Part shown: positions 1 to 9,007 of the stretch, piece after piece
Layout of the letters: each line of letters opens with the position of its first letter
Numbering within the stretch: the first letter of the stretch is position 1
NCBI GenBank assembly: GCA_963796055.1
Contig: CAWCKH010000004.1
Coordinates: 3,360,001-3,424,000 of the forward strand
Length of the DNA stretch: 64,000 nucleotides
Origin: an uncultured delta proteobacterium
Lineage (GTDB): Bacteria > Myxococcota > Myxococcia > Myxococcales > Myxococcaceae
Direction: 5' to 3'
Program-made: the position numbers and the translations under genes
Notes under the pieces: model-generated
What the model was told of the DNA's origin: nothing
The model's database searches: none
Seen by the model: the letters and a program-made list of their open reading frames with translations, nothing else

Positions 1-1
1 G

Positions 2-589
2 GCAGCGGCCGTTCCCGCACCGCAGCAAGGGAAGGCGACGGTGGAGCCACCGGGTCGCCCGGTGGCTCCGCAGTCCGATGGGAGCGCGTCGACGGAGGAG
101 GAAGGTCCGTCGGAGCGCACGGCGCTTCCTCCCGCGCTGGGGCTGCGAATCAAGCCCGGCCCGCCGGCTCCGTCGTCCGAGCCCGAGCCCGAGCCCGTCG
201 CCCCGGTCGCCGAGCCCGCCGCGCCCCCACCGTTCCCCGCGGCGCCACCACCGGCCGCCGCCGCTCCGGAGCGCCCGCCCGAGCTTCCCTCGCGCCCCCG
301 CGAGAGCAGGCTCAAGCTGGACCTCCCCCCGGATGCCGAGTTCAACGGCGAGCTGCTGCGCCGCGTGCGCGAGTCCTACGGGCTGTCGCTCCAGCAGGTC
401 GCCGAACGCACCCGCATCACCCGCATCCATCTGGAAAACGTGGAGGCGGACCGCTATGACCGCCTGCCCGCGACGGTGTACCTTCGGGGGATCCTGGTGA
501 ACCTGGCGCGCGAGCTCCGGCTGGACCCGGCGCGGGTGAGCAAGACCTATCTCCTCGCCGCCCAGCGCTCGCACGCCCGGGCCACTTGA
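2..589 (+). CDS. Pro-rich protein with C-terminal HTH_25/RodZ-like helix-turn-helix (5'-partial)
   Basis: Frame is open from position 2; C-terminal GELLRRVRESYGLSLQQVAERTRITRIHLENVEADRYDRLPATVYLRG is the HTH_25 pattern. Confidence 0.8.
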   Translation, partial: AAAVPAPQQGKATVEPPGRPVAPQSDGSASTEEEGPSERTALPPALGLRIKPGPPAPSSEPEPEPVAPVAEPAAPPPFPAAPPPAAAAPERPPELPSRPRESRLKLDLPPDAEFNGELLRRVRESYGLSLQQVAERTRITRIHLENVEADRYDRLPATVYLRGILVNLARELRLDPARVSKTYLLAAQRSHARAT

Positions 590-609
590 GGCCTGCGGAG
601 GACCGACCG

Positions 610-874
610 ATGACCGACGAAGAGCGAACCAAGGCGCTGCGGCTCGCCCGGGCCATCGCCTCCGACATCTCGCTCTACAACGAGCAGAAGATCATCAAGG
701 GCATCGAGCAGGACAACCTCTTCGACGTGCTCAAGGAGGAGCTCGACGAGGGCAGGGACCTGTACCGGAGCCGGGTGAGCCAGGAGGTCTACACCACCAC
801 CAACTTCTTCGACCGGGCGGTAGTGGACATCATCGTCCGCGGCAAGGCGCACGTTCGATCCAAGAATCTGGTGA
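610..874 (+). CDS. romX: RomX-like polarity protein (~87 aa); one extra A at 865/866 fuses it to rluD
   Basis: GGAGGA then ATG 610; RLARAIASDISLYNEQKIIKGIEQDNLF motif; removing one A restores ...SKIW-TGA (872-874), overlapping the rluD GTG. Confidence 0.65.
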
Positions 875-1839
875 CGGCGCGGCACCAGGCTGCAAGCGGG
901 CAGGTCCATCGGCTCACGGCCGGGCCAGCGCTCCGGGGCGAGCGCCTCGACCGGGCCGTCGCCTCCAGCCTGCCCGAGCTCAGCCGGTCGCGGGTCCAGG
1001 GTCTGCTCGAGGACGGCCGGGTGCTCGTGGACGGTCGCCCCGGCCGCGCGGCACTCCGGCTCAAGGGCGGTGAGAGGCTGGTGGTCTCCGTTCCCCCTCC
1101 CGAGCCGGCGGTCCCCGAGCCCGAGGACCTGCCGCTCACCGTGCTCCACGAGGATCGCGACCTCCTGGTCCTCGACAAGCCCGCCGGGCTCGTCGTCCAT
1201 CCCGCCGCGGGCCATGCGCGCGGGACGCTGGTCAACGCGCTGCTGCACCACGTCTCGGGGCTCTCGGGTGTCGGCGGTGTACTCCGACCGGGAATCGTCC
1301 ACCGGCTGGACAAGGAGACCTCGGGTTGTCTGGTGGTGGCGAAGAACGACGCGGCGCTGCAGGCGCTCCAGCGCGCGTTCCAGGAGCGCTCGGTGGAGAA
1401 GACCTACCTGGCCCTCGTTCACGGGCACCCACTTGCCAGCGGCCGGCTCGCCACCCTCCACGCCCGCCACCCGCGTGACCGGAAGCGCTTCACCGGGAAG
1501 GCGAAGACCGGAAAGCCCGCGGTCACCACCTGGCGCGTTCGCACCCAGCTTCACCACTCGGCGCTGCTCGAGGTGGGCCTGGAGACCGGCCGCACGCACC
1601 AGATCCGCGTCCACCTCTCCGAGCTGGGGCATCCGCTGCTCGGCGACGCGCTCTACGGCGGCACGCACAAGGGCGACGCACGGGTGAAGGCCGTCCAGAC
1701 CCGCCTCGGGCGCCAGGCCCTGCACGCCTGGCGGCTGGCGTTCCCCCATCCACGCACCGGCAAGCCGGTCCGGTGCGAGGCCGCCCTTCCGCCAGACCTC
1801 GCCCAGGCCATCGACGCGCTCTCGCTCACAGGCCGGTGA
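871..1839 (+). CDS. rluD: RluA/RluD family 23S rRNA pseudouridine synthase
   Basis: S4 domain (RLDRAV..SRSRVQ), LDKPAGLVVHP, catalytic GIVHRLDKETSG, LETGRTHQIRVH. Confidence 0.92.
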   Translation: MTARHQAASGQVHRLTAGPALRGERLDRAVASSLPELSRSRVQGLLEDGRVLVDGRPGRAALRLKGGERLVVSVPPPEPAVPEPEDLPLTVLHEDRDLLVLDKPAGLVVHPAAGHARGTLVNALLHHVSGLSGVGGVLRPGIVHRLDKETSGCLVVAKNDAALQALQRAFQERSVEKTYLALVHGHPLASGRLATLHARHPRDRKRFTGKAKTGKPAVTTWRVRTQLHHSALLEVGLETGRTHQIRVHLSELGHPLLGDALYGGTHKGDARVKAVQTRLGRQALHAWRLAFPHPRTGKPVRCEAALPPDLAQAIDALSLTGR

Positions 1840-3136
1840 CCGACAGCGCCCCCTGCTGGCGCCGCGAGAGCACCTTCACCGGCGGGATGGCCAGCACCCG
1901 CATGAACACCTTGAGCAGCTCGGGGTCGAACTTGTGGCGCAGCTCGCTCCACATCAGCATCATCGCCACCTCCGGCCCGTAGGCGTCGCGGAAGGGCCGC
2001 TTGCTGGTGAGCGCGTCGAAGCCGGCGGTGATGCCGATGATCTTCGCGTAGAGCCCCAGCGAGGACTTGGGGATGATCATCTGGATGTTGCCGCGGGCGT
2101 CACGCACCGCGGTGCCGAAGTCGCTCTTATACTCGAGCGTGGTCACCACCCGGTGCAGGGTCGTCCGGGTGAAGCCCTTCTCCATCAGGACGTTCCGCAC
2201 CGAGATCAGCGGCGCCCGGGCGATGAGGTTCCGCTCCTCGGCGGTCAGACCACCGCGCTTCCCGGCCAGCTCGTCGGGGATGGTCGCCATCCCCGCATCG
2301 TGGAAGAGGGCGATGAATCCCAGATCCCGGAGCTGCGCCTTGGTCAGTCCCAGCTCCACCCCGAACACGATGGAGAGCAGGCAGGTGTTCACCTGGTGGA
2401 ACACCAGATAGTCGGACTCCTGGCGCATGGTGGTCATGCCCAGGAAGTGCACCTTGGCGTCGTAGCAGATGTCGACCAGGTCCTGGACGATGCGCAGCGC
2501 CCGCACCGCCGCCATCGGGGTGCCCTTGCGCACCGAGTCCAGATATCTGGAAATGAAGACCACCGCGCGGGCGTAGACGGTGATCGCGTACTTCTTGCGG
2601 TCGACCTTCTCCTCGTCGTCGAGCTTCTCCTTCTCCAGCTTCTCCCGCAGCTTGCTCCACCGAGCGATCTTGATCGCCAGGAGCCTCCGGCTGCTCAGGC
2701 CGTCGTCGTCCGGGGTCTCGGTGACGTCCTTGGCGAAGATCCACACGAAGTTCTTGAGCTCGGCGATCTGCACCGGCTTGGACAGGGTGAACCCGCCCAC
2801 GTCCTTGGCCCGCATTTCCTCCAGCAGGTAGCGGATGTTCTCCACCGCGTTGAGCTCGACCTTCACCAGCATGTTGTTGACGTAGAACGAGCTCTTGATC
2901 CCCACCAGGTCGAAGCGCCCCTCGCGGGAGACGATCAGGTTCAGGTTGTCTTGCAGCGACATCAGCGGGCGCTCGAACACCGCATTGTCCGGGTCGTACA
3001 TCTTGGCCGAGCGCACCAGCATGTAGAGCGTGGAGAGGACCGAGCGCGACAGCTGCTGCAGCTTCTCGGAGTGGTCCCGGCCGAACTCGAGGATCCCGTC
3101 GTCGCCGGTGCCGCTGATCCGGAGATTGTCGGCCAC
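1826..3136 (-). CDS. HD-GYP-like domain protein, degenerate
   Basis: LFHDAG HD motif and FDALTSKRPFR; the HHExxDGxGYP segment is replaced by LEYKSDFG. Confidence 0.8.
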   Translation of the reverse strand: MADNLRISGTGDDGILEFGRDHSEKLQQLSRSVLSTLYMLVRSAKMYDPDNAVFERPLMSLQDNLNLIVSREGRFDLVGIKSSFYVNNMLVKVELNAVENIRYLLEEMRAKDVGGFTLSKPVQIAELKNFVWIFAKDVTETPDDDGLSSRRLLAIKIARWSKLREKLEKEKLDDEEKVDRKKYAITVYARAVVFISRYLDSVRKGTPMAAVRALRIVQDLVDICYDAKVHFLGMTTMRQESDYLVFHQVNTCLLSIVFGVELGLTKAQLRDLGFIALFHDAGMATIPDELAGKRGGLTAEERNLIARAPLISVRNVLMEKGFTRTTLHRVVTTLEYKSDFGTAVRDARGNIQMIIPKSSLGLYAKIIGITAGFDALTSKRPFRDAYGPEVAMMLMWSELRHKFDPELLKVFMRVLAIPPVKVLSRRQQGALSVTGL

Positions 3137-4896
3137 TAGCCTGCCTCCGGGGGCGCCGCGTCACCGAAGAGCTTCCGCCGCGTCTCGCCCAGGGCGCGCC
3201 GGGCCGCCACCAGCACCTCGGAGGGCTGGCTGCGATCCTCCACCACCGCCTGCAGCGCCCGGTACGACTGGATCGACTGCACCCCCGCCAGCCCGTGCAC
3301 CGCGAGCAGCTTCTCCTCCAGCACCCGGGCGCGGTTCCACAGCTGGGGTTTCTCGGCCAGCAGCTGGGTCATCAGCGAGATGGCCGTGGGGAGTCCGGTG
3401 CTCCCCAGAGCGGTGTAGAACGCCGCCTGCTCCTCGACGCTCCGCTTCTTGAAGTCCTTGCCCTTCACCACCGTGACCAGATCCAGGTAAGCGTGCTCCC
3501 GGTCGTACTCCGGCAGCAGCCGCGCCGCCTGCACCCGCACCTGCGCGTTCTCGTCCTTCAGCGCCTCGGCGATCAGCCGGCGTGACTCGCTGCTCCGGCC
3601 CCGGGCGACGGTCCCCATCACGTCCAGCCGCACCGCGAGGTTCCGGTGCTTCAGCACCCGCCCGAAGAACTGCATTCGGTCCGGGTGCTGGGCGCGCTCG
3701 AGCACGTAGACCATGTCCCGCACGGTCATCGGCCGGTCCGACGACAGCCGCTGGATGACCTCGGTGGGGTTCACCTTGCAGAACTCGGCGAGGACGTCGC
3801 AGAGCACCAGCCGGTGCTCCGGCGCATCCAGCGTCTCCAGCACCTCCAGCAGGATGGGCATGGTGCTCGGCCGCAGCGAGCCCAGGTACCGGCCGATGTC
3901 CGCCAGCACCCCCGGCCGGGCCGCGCGGAGCACGTCGGCCACCCGCACCAGGCGCTGCTCCTCGCCCATCTTCTCCACGAAGGTGGCCTTCAGCCGGCGG
4001 ATGCCGCTCATCCCCGGCCGGTCCTCCATCGCCCGCAGCTTGAGGAGGATCTGGTTGAGGATCGCGAAGTCCTCCTGGAGCAGCAGCGCGTCCAGGAGCT
4101 GGAGGAACATCTCCTCCAGCAGCTCGGGATCGTCCACGCCCGCCTCGGCCACCTGGAAGATGGACGAGACCAGCTTGGGGAACAGCCGGCTGTGCTCCTC
4201 CTCGGCGATCTCCTTCTGCAGCTTCGCCTTGAGCTCGTCGCTGGCGGTGACCCCGGCGATGATCGCCCCCCGGACCTGCTCCACGCCCTCCAGCTTCAGC
4301 TCGAGATCCTCCGCGCTCACCCGCGCGAAGCGGAGGAAATCGTCGGAGTGACTCCGCAGCCGCGAGTAGAGGTACTCGACGATCTTGTCGACCGCGATCT
4401 GCACCTCGTCGTCGGTGAACCCGTCGACCTTGAACCCCTCCACCACCACGTATTCCAGGTGGTCCAGGGGGGAGCGCCACAGCTGGGCGACCGTGTCCTC
4501 GCCCTGCTTCTCCACGTCGCTCAGCGCGACCAGGGTGAAGGTCAACAGCTCGTCCGCCCTCAATCCCGGCCGGAAGATGAACTGACGGATCCCGTCCCGC
4601 CAGAACTTGAAGGGCAGGGGAGTGTCCTCGCCGAACAGCGGCTGCTCGAAGAGCGCGAAGTTCTGCTGCTCCACCTTGAAGACCAGCGGACCGAAACGGT
4701 CGGTGTACTGCCGGATCGCCTCGTGCGCCTTCGAGAGGTACTCCACGTACCGGCTCTCGTTGTGCCGGTACATGCCGATCTGCTTGATGGCCTTGAGCAG
4801 CTGGAAGGCGAAGGCCTTCGCCAGCTCGAGCCGCTGCCGGTTCTCCGGGTCGGTGAGCGGATCGGGTGCGGGAGAGGCGTCCGTTGCGGCAGTCAA
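3136..4896 (-). CDS. HEAT repeat protein (start approximate)
   Basis: C-terminal HEAT repeats (ALKDENAQVRVQAARLL); stop overlaps the HD-GYP start; TTG at 4896 follows the OPT stop. Confidence 0.8.
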   Translation of the reverse strand: MTAATDASPAPDPLTDPENRQRLELAKAFAFQLLKAIKQIGMYRHNESRYVEYLSKAHEAIRQYTDRFGPLVFKVEQQNFALFEQPLFGEDTPLPFKFWRDGIRQFIFRPGLRADELLTFTLVALSDVEKQGEDTVAQLWRSPLDHLEYVVVEGFKVDGFTDDEVQIAVDKIVEYLYSRLRSHSDDFLRFARVSAEDLELKLEGVEQVRGAIIAGVTASDELKAKLQKEIAEEEHSRLFPKLVSSIFQVAEAGVDDPELLEEMFLQLLDALLLQEDFAILNQILLKLRAMEDRPGMSGIRRLKATFVEKMGEEQRLVRVADVLRAARPGVLADIGRYLGSLRPSTMPILLEVLETLDAPEHRLVLCDVLAEFCKVNPTEVIQRLSSDRPMTVRDMVYVLERAQHPDRMQFFGRVLKHRNLAVRLDVMGTVARGRSSESRRLIAEALKDENAQVRVQAARLLPEYDREHAYLDLVTVVKGKDFKKRSVEEQAAFYTALGSTGLPTAISLMTQLLAEKPQLWNRARVLEEKLLAVHGLAGVQSIQSYRALQAVVEDRSQPSEVLVAARRALGETRRKLFGDAAPPEAG

Positions 4897-4910
4897 CTCG
4901 GGGGCCGAGT

Positions 4911-7400
4911 CTAGACCGAACGTGGCCCTTGCGCCTCCCGGGTCCCGAGCGCCACCCGGCCCAGGTACACCGCCAGGAGGAAGAACAGCACAAGTCCGAG
5001 GCCGATGGACGCCACCGGGTGCGCCTGCGGCGAGTCCCCCACCGCCTCCACCACCCGCGCGAGCCAGCCGGGGCGTCCGGCCAGCCGTGCAGGGACGTCC
5101 AGTGCGTCCATCCATGCTCCACCGGCAGGGATGTGCAGGAGGTTGATCACCACCCCCGCCAGCGAGCCCCCGGCGATGTACCCGGAGGCGAGCAGTGTGC
5201 CCGGGCTCGCCTCGGACTCGGCGCTGGCCCGCCGGCGATCCACCCACCAGCGCACCACCCCGCCCACGAACAGCGGCGCGCTGGTGGACATCGGCAGGTA
5301 CACGCCCACGGCGAACGGCAGCGAGGAGACCCCCGACATCTCCAGCATCAGCGCCAGCGCCACCCCGAGCAGGACCAGGTCCCAGGGCAGCTTGCGAGTG
5401 AGGATCCCGTCGATGATCAGCGAGAAGAGACGGGCCTTCGGCGCCTCGAAGCGGGTGAGCTTCACCCCGTGCACCTCGGAGACTCGGCCCCCGATGCCCG
5501 GGTCCACCACGTACTCGATGTTCCCCGCGGCGTCGCTCAGGTACTTGCCGGTGGGGATCGGCCCGTCGTTGCGGACGTAGCCGACCTGGAGGTGGCGGTC
5601 GCGGGGCTCGCCGATCGTGCCCAGCCGGCCGAGGGGCGTCCGGCTCACCACCGGCTCGACCGGGTGCTCCTCGCGTCTCCGCACCTCCTCGGCCCCGAGT
5701 GACGCCCGGGTCACGTCAGTCCGGAAGGTCCGGATCGCCACCGGTGCGTCGCTCGCATCGAGGCGGAGCTCGAGGCCACGGCCCCACAGCTGCTGGAAGA
5801 GCTCCTCTGTGGTCAGCGTCGACACGGAGAAGGCGCCCCGGACCGGGGCGAAGGGGAACTCGCGCTGCACCACCTGCTCCCGGGAAGGATGCGTCACCCG
5901 CACGCCAGGGTGGCTCTCGGGCACGTTGGCCGTGTCTCCTCGGTTCACCGCCGCCAGCACCGGCCCGATGAACAGCGCCGAGGTCACCACCCCCACGAAG
6001 ATGGCAATCTGCTGACGGCTGGGCGTCGCCCCCACCAGCTGGGCGGTCTTCAAGTCCTGGGCCGTCGTCCCGCCGTTGCTCGCGGCGATCCCGACGATCG
6101 CCGCGGTGGTGAGCGCCATGAAGCGGTCATCCGGGGTCGTCCATCCCAGCAGCAAGTAGACCAGGCAGGTCACCAGGAGGGTGGCGACGGTCATCCCCGA
6201 GATGGGGTTGGAGGAGCTGCCGATCTCTCCGGTGATCCGCGCGCTGACGGTGACGAAGAAGAAGCCGGCCACCACGATCAGCAGCGCCGATACCAGATTC
6301 ACGTGCAGGGGCGGCGCGAGCCAGATCAGCACCACCAGCAGGAGGGAGCCCCCGAGCACGATGCTGATCGGCAGGTCCTGCTCTGTCCGGGGAATGGCCA
6401 CCGCCTGTCCACGCCGGCTGGCGAGGAAGGTCCGGAGCCCGCGACGGAACGCCTCGATGATGCTCGGCATCGAGCGGATCAGGCTGATCAGCCCACCGGT
6501 GGCCACCGCGCCCGCGCCGATGTACAGCACGTAGGCGCGGTGGATCTCGTCCGGCCCCATGTCCCGGATGAGCGTCCCCTCCGGCGACAGCAGGGGGGTG
6601 GTGAGGCCGTCGCCGAAGAAGCGGATCATCGGGATCAGCACCAGGAAGCTGAGCACCCCGCCGGCGAAGGTGATGCCCGCCACCCGCGGGCCGATGATGT
6701 AGCCCACCCCCAGCAGCTCGGGGCTGATCTCCATGGAGACGGAGGCGCCGGGGAAGCCGTGCCGGACCACCGTCCCGTCGGCCAGCCGCTGCACCCAGCC
6801 CAGCAGCCCGCCGACGATCTCCCGCCAGAGCCGCAGCCCCGCGTAGGCCGCCTTGTAGACCGCGCCGATCAGGAAGCCGGCGACCACCAGCCGGGCGGTC
6901 GTCCCGCCGTGCTCGCCCGCCTCGAGCACCTCGGCACAGGCCGTTCCCTCGGGGAAGCGCAGCGCCGCGTGCTCCTCGACCACCAGCCCGTGGCGGAGGG
7001 GGATCATCATCAGCACGCCCAGCACCCCGCCCAGCAGCGCCACCAGCAGGGCGTGGACCAGGTCGAGGTCGTAGCCCATGAACAGGAGCGCCGGGAGCGC
7101 GGTGGCGATGCCGAATGCCAGCGACTCGCCCGCCGAGCCGGTGGTCTGCACCATGCAGTTCTCGAGCACCGAGGAGCGGCCCAGCACCCGGAAGAGCGCG
7201 ATGGACAGCACCGCCACCGGGATGGAGGCCGAGACGGTCAGCCCGACCTTCACCGACAGGTACACCGAGCTGGCGGCGAACATCACCCCCAGCACGCTGC
7301 CCAGCAGGAGGCCACGCACCGTGAGCTCCCGCGGCATCGGGGCGAGCGGCGCGGAGGGCTCGGGCGCCGCGGTCGCTCGGGCGGGGGCGGGTTCTTTCAT
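4911..7400 (-). CDS. OPT family oligopeptide transporter with a large loop insertion
   Basis: ELTVRG..YLSVKVGLTVSASIP, GSAGES, FPEGTACA, GEIGSSSNPISG, QDLKT, FAVGVYLP motifs. Confidence 0.92.
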   Translation of the reverse strand: MKEPAPARATAAPEPSAPLAPMPRELTVRGLLLGSVLGVMFAASSVYLSVKVGLTVSASIPVAVLSIALFRVLGRSSVLENCMVQTTGSAGESLAFGIATALPALLFMGYDLDLVHALLVALLGGVLGVLMMIPLRHGLVVEEHAALRFPEGTACAEVLEAGEHGGTTARLVVAGFLIGAVYKAAYAGLRLWREIVGGLLGWVQRLADGTVVRHGFPGASVSMEISPELLGVGYIIGPRVAGITFAGGVLSFLVLIPMIRFFGDGLTTPLLSPEGTLIRDMGPDEIHRAYVLYIGAGAVATGGLISLIRSMPSIIEAFRRGLRTFLASRRGQAVAIPRTEQDLPISIVLGGSLLLVVLIWLAPPLHVNLVSALLIVVAGFFFVTVSARITGEIGSSSNPISGMTVATLLVTCLVYLLLGWTTPDDRFMALTTAAIVGIAASNGGTTAQDLKTAQLVGATPSRQQIAIFVGVVTSALFIGPVLAAVNRGDTANVPESHPGVRVTHPSREQVVQREFPFAPVRGAFSVSTLTTEELFQQLWGRGLELRLDASDAPVAIRTFRTDVTRASLGAEEVRRREEHPVEPVVSRTPLGRLGTIGEPRDRHLQVGYVRNDGPIPTGKYLSDAAGNIEYVVDPGIGGRVSEVHGVKLTRFEAPKARLFSLIIDGILTRKLPWDLVLLGVALALMLEMSGVSSLPFAVGVYLPMSTSAPLFVGGVVRWWVDRRRASAESEASPGTLLASGYIAGGSLAGVVINLLHIPAGGAWMDALDVPARLAGRPGWLARVVEAVGDSPQAHPVASIGLGLVLFFLLAVYLGRVALGTREAQGPRSV

Positions 7401-7439
7401 CCAGGCAGGGCGCCCGTTCTAGGATGGAGCGACCCGTCA

Positions 7440-7735
7440 AGTCAGCTCTCTCGTTCGTTGGTGGCGATGCGTCTGTTCGCTTCGCAGCTCCTCGTGGTTC
7501 GTACTTCGAGGCCTTCAGGCAGGGGACGAGCGAGGGAGCTGCGACGGTTGATCACTCTAGGATTCGCGGGTCGGCGGAGCCGCCGCATGACCGTGATTCG
7601 TCGGGAGGCTTTCTCGCTCTAGCGGCGTGGGTCGGCGGGTCGAGCCCGCCGCCACTTAGAACTGTCGAGAGTCCCTCCTACGTTCCTGGCTCATCCACTG
7701 CCTGCCGGCTTCGAAGCGATGCACGTACGTTGCTC
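7440..7735 (-). ncRNA. Putative seekRNA/bridge RNA of the IS1111-type element
   Basis: Non-coding region downstream of the transposase with nested stems (7482-7544, 7551-7597, 7603-7678); internal loops carry matches to the target and the circle junction. Confidence 0.65.
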
Positions 7736-7738
7736 CTT

Positions 7739-8834
7739 TCAAGCGGCGCGGGCGATGGCCCAGACAAAGCCGCAGAGCTCGCGAGCCACGGCGACGGCCG
7801 CGACCTGCGAAGGTTTGCCGCGGGAGACGAAGCGGTGGAAGCGCCGGTGCAGCCGCTCCTGGGCTTTCCATGCGTGGGCTACGACCTTTGCATCCTGGCC
7901 CTCCCAGCGCTGTTTGATGACGCCGCTCTGGCGTGGCGGGCGCCGGTAGTGCCAGGCGGCCTCGACCAGTACGCGCCGGGCGTGTCCGTTGCCCGTCTTG
8001 GTGATGCTGCCCCGCCGCTCCTTGGCTCCGCTCGAGCGCTCGCTCGGGACGAGGCCGACGAAAGCCATGAACTGGTCGGGGTGCTCGAACCGCTGGAAGT
8101 CGCGAGATCTCGGCGATGAGGATGACGGCCGAGAGCGTGTCGATGCCGCGCAGGCAGCGGAGCTTCGCAACGGGAGTTTTATAGGGCTCCTTCTCGGCGG
8201 CTGTCGCGAGTTCCTGGTCGAGCGCCTTGAGACGTCCGAGCGTTCCCTCGAGGCGGGCCAAGTACTCGGTGAAGACCGTCTGTGCGATGGGGGCCTCGAA
8301 CGTCTGTTTGCGAAGCCACTTCCAGTGCGGCATCGACCAGTTCTTCTTGCCCTCGGTAAAGCTGCGCCCGTGGCGCAGGAGGAACTTCAGGAGTCGGTCG
8401 CGCTCGCGGATGACGTCCTCGCGCGCATCCTCTCGGCAGCGAACGAGATCCCGCAGCGCCTCCTCGGCCTCGGAGGGGACGCGAATCGAAGTGAGCTCGC
8501 CGGCGCGGTAGAGGCGAGCGAGCTTCTCGGCGTCGCGCCGGTCGGTCTTGACCCGATCGCCGGCGCGCACCGGGATGAGCGAGGGCGCGACCACGTCGCA
8601 TGGGATCTTCATCGCTGCGAGCTGCCGGTAGACCTCGTAGCCGCAACTCCCGGCCTCGTAGCAGGCGCGGACCGCCCCTTCCTTTTTGAGCCTGCCGAAG
8701 CAGCGCTTCAGCTTGAGCGCATCGTTCCGGATCTTCACCGTGGGCCGAGCGCCTCCCCGGTCACCGGCCAGCACCGAGAAGGAAATCGACTCCTTATGCA
8801 CGTCCATTCCGACGGTCAGCGTTGTAGTTTTCAC
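7739..8834 (-). pseudogene. IS110-family DEDD transposase/recombinase with a +1 frameshift near 8104-8105
   Basis: GAGGAG then GTG 8834; GMDVHK, CYEAG, KTDRRDA in the first frame; DFQRF..FVGLVPSERSSG..GSITKTGN..R..LVEAAW in the second frame. Confidence 0.88.
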
Positions 8835-8935
8835 TCGACCGGCTCCTCGTTTGCGGCTCTGGCCGCGGCGTTGCCGAGGCTAATCCGCGCTGAACGAGCG
8901 AGCCGGTCGCTCCATACTGTCTAGCCGACGACGGC

Positions 8936-8977
8936 AGAAAAGAAACGGGCCCGGGTGGCGCCTGCCGCCCCGGGCCC
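8936..8977 (-). terminator. Rho-independent terminator of the sigma factor gene
   Basis: GGGCCCGGG (8947-8955) pairs with CCCGGGCCC (8969-8977), followed on the minus strand by TTTCTTTT. Confidence 0.75.
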
Positions 8978-9007
8978 TCGGAAAGGCCAGACCGGCCGCC
9001 GTGCGGC

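Larger units (their letters stand above)
7421..8922 (-). mobile_element. IS110-family insertion sequence, IS1111 subgroup (~1502 bp)
   Basis: 11-bp subterminal inverted repeats ATGGAGCGACC (7424-7434) and GGTCGCTCCAT (8905-8915), 3 and 7 nt from the ends; CTAG at both junctions (7419-7422, 8921-8924); DEDD transposase; long 3' non-coding end. Confidence 0.9.

Noticed and set aside
4911..7400. Calling the OPT gene espB
   Set aside because: It lies about 24 kb from the EspA-like kinase; orthology cannot be shown from this window
7419..7422. CTAG as a classical target-site duplication
   Set aside because: IS110-family elements recombine through a shared core; the 7/3-nt IR spacing fits a CT|AG crossover
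8095..8115. Programmed ribosomal frameshift in the transposase
   Set aside because: No slippery sequence; IS110 transposases are single ORFs; an error or mutation is simpler
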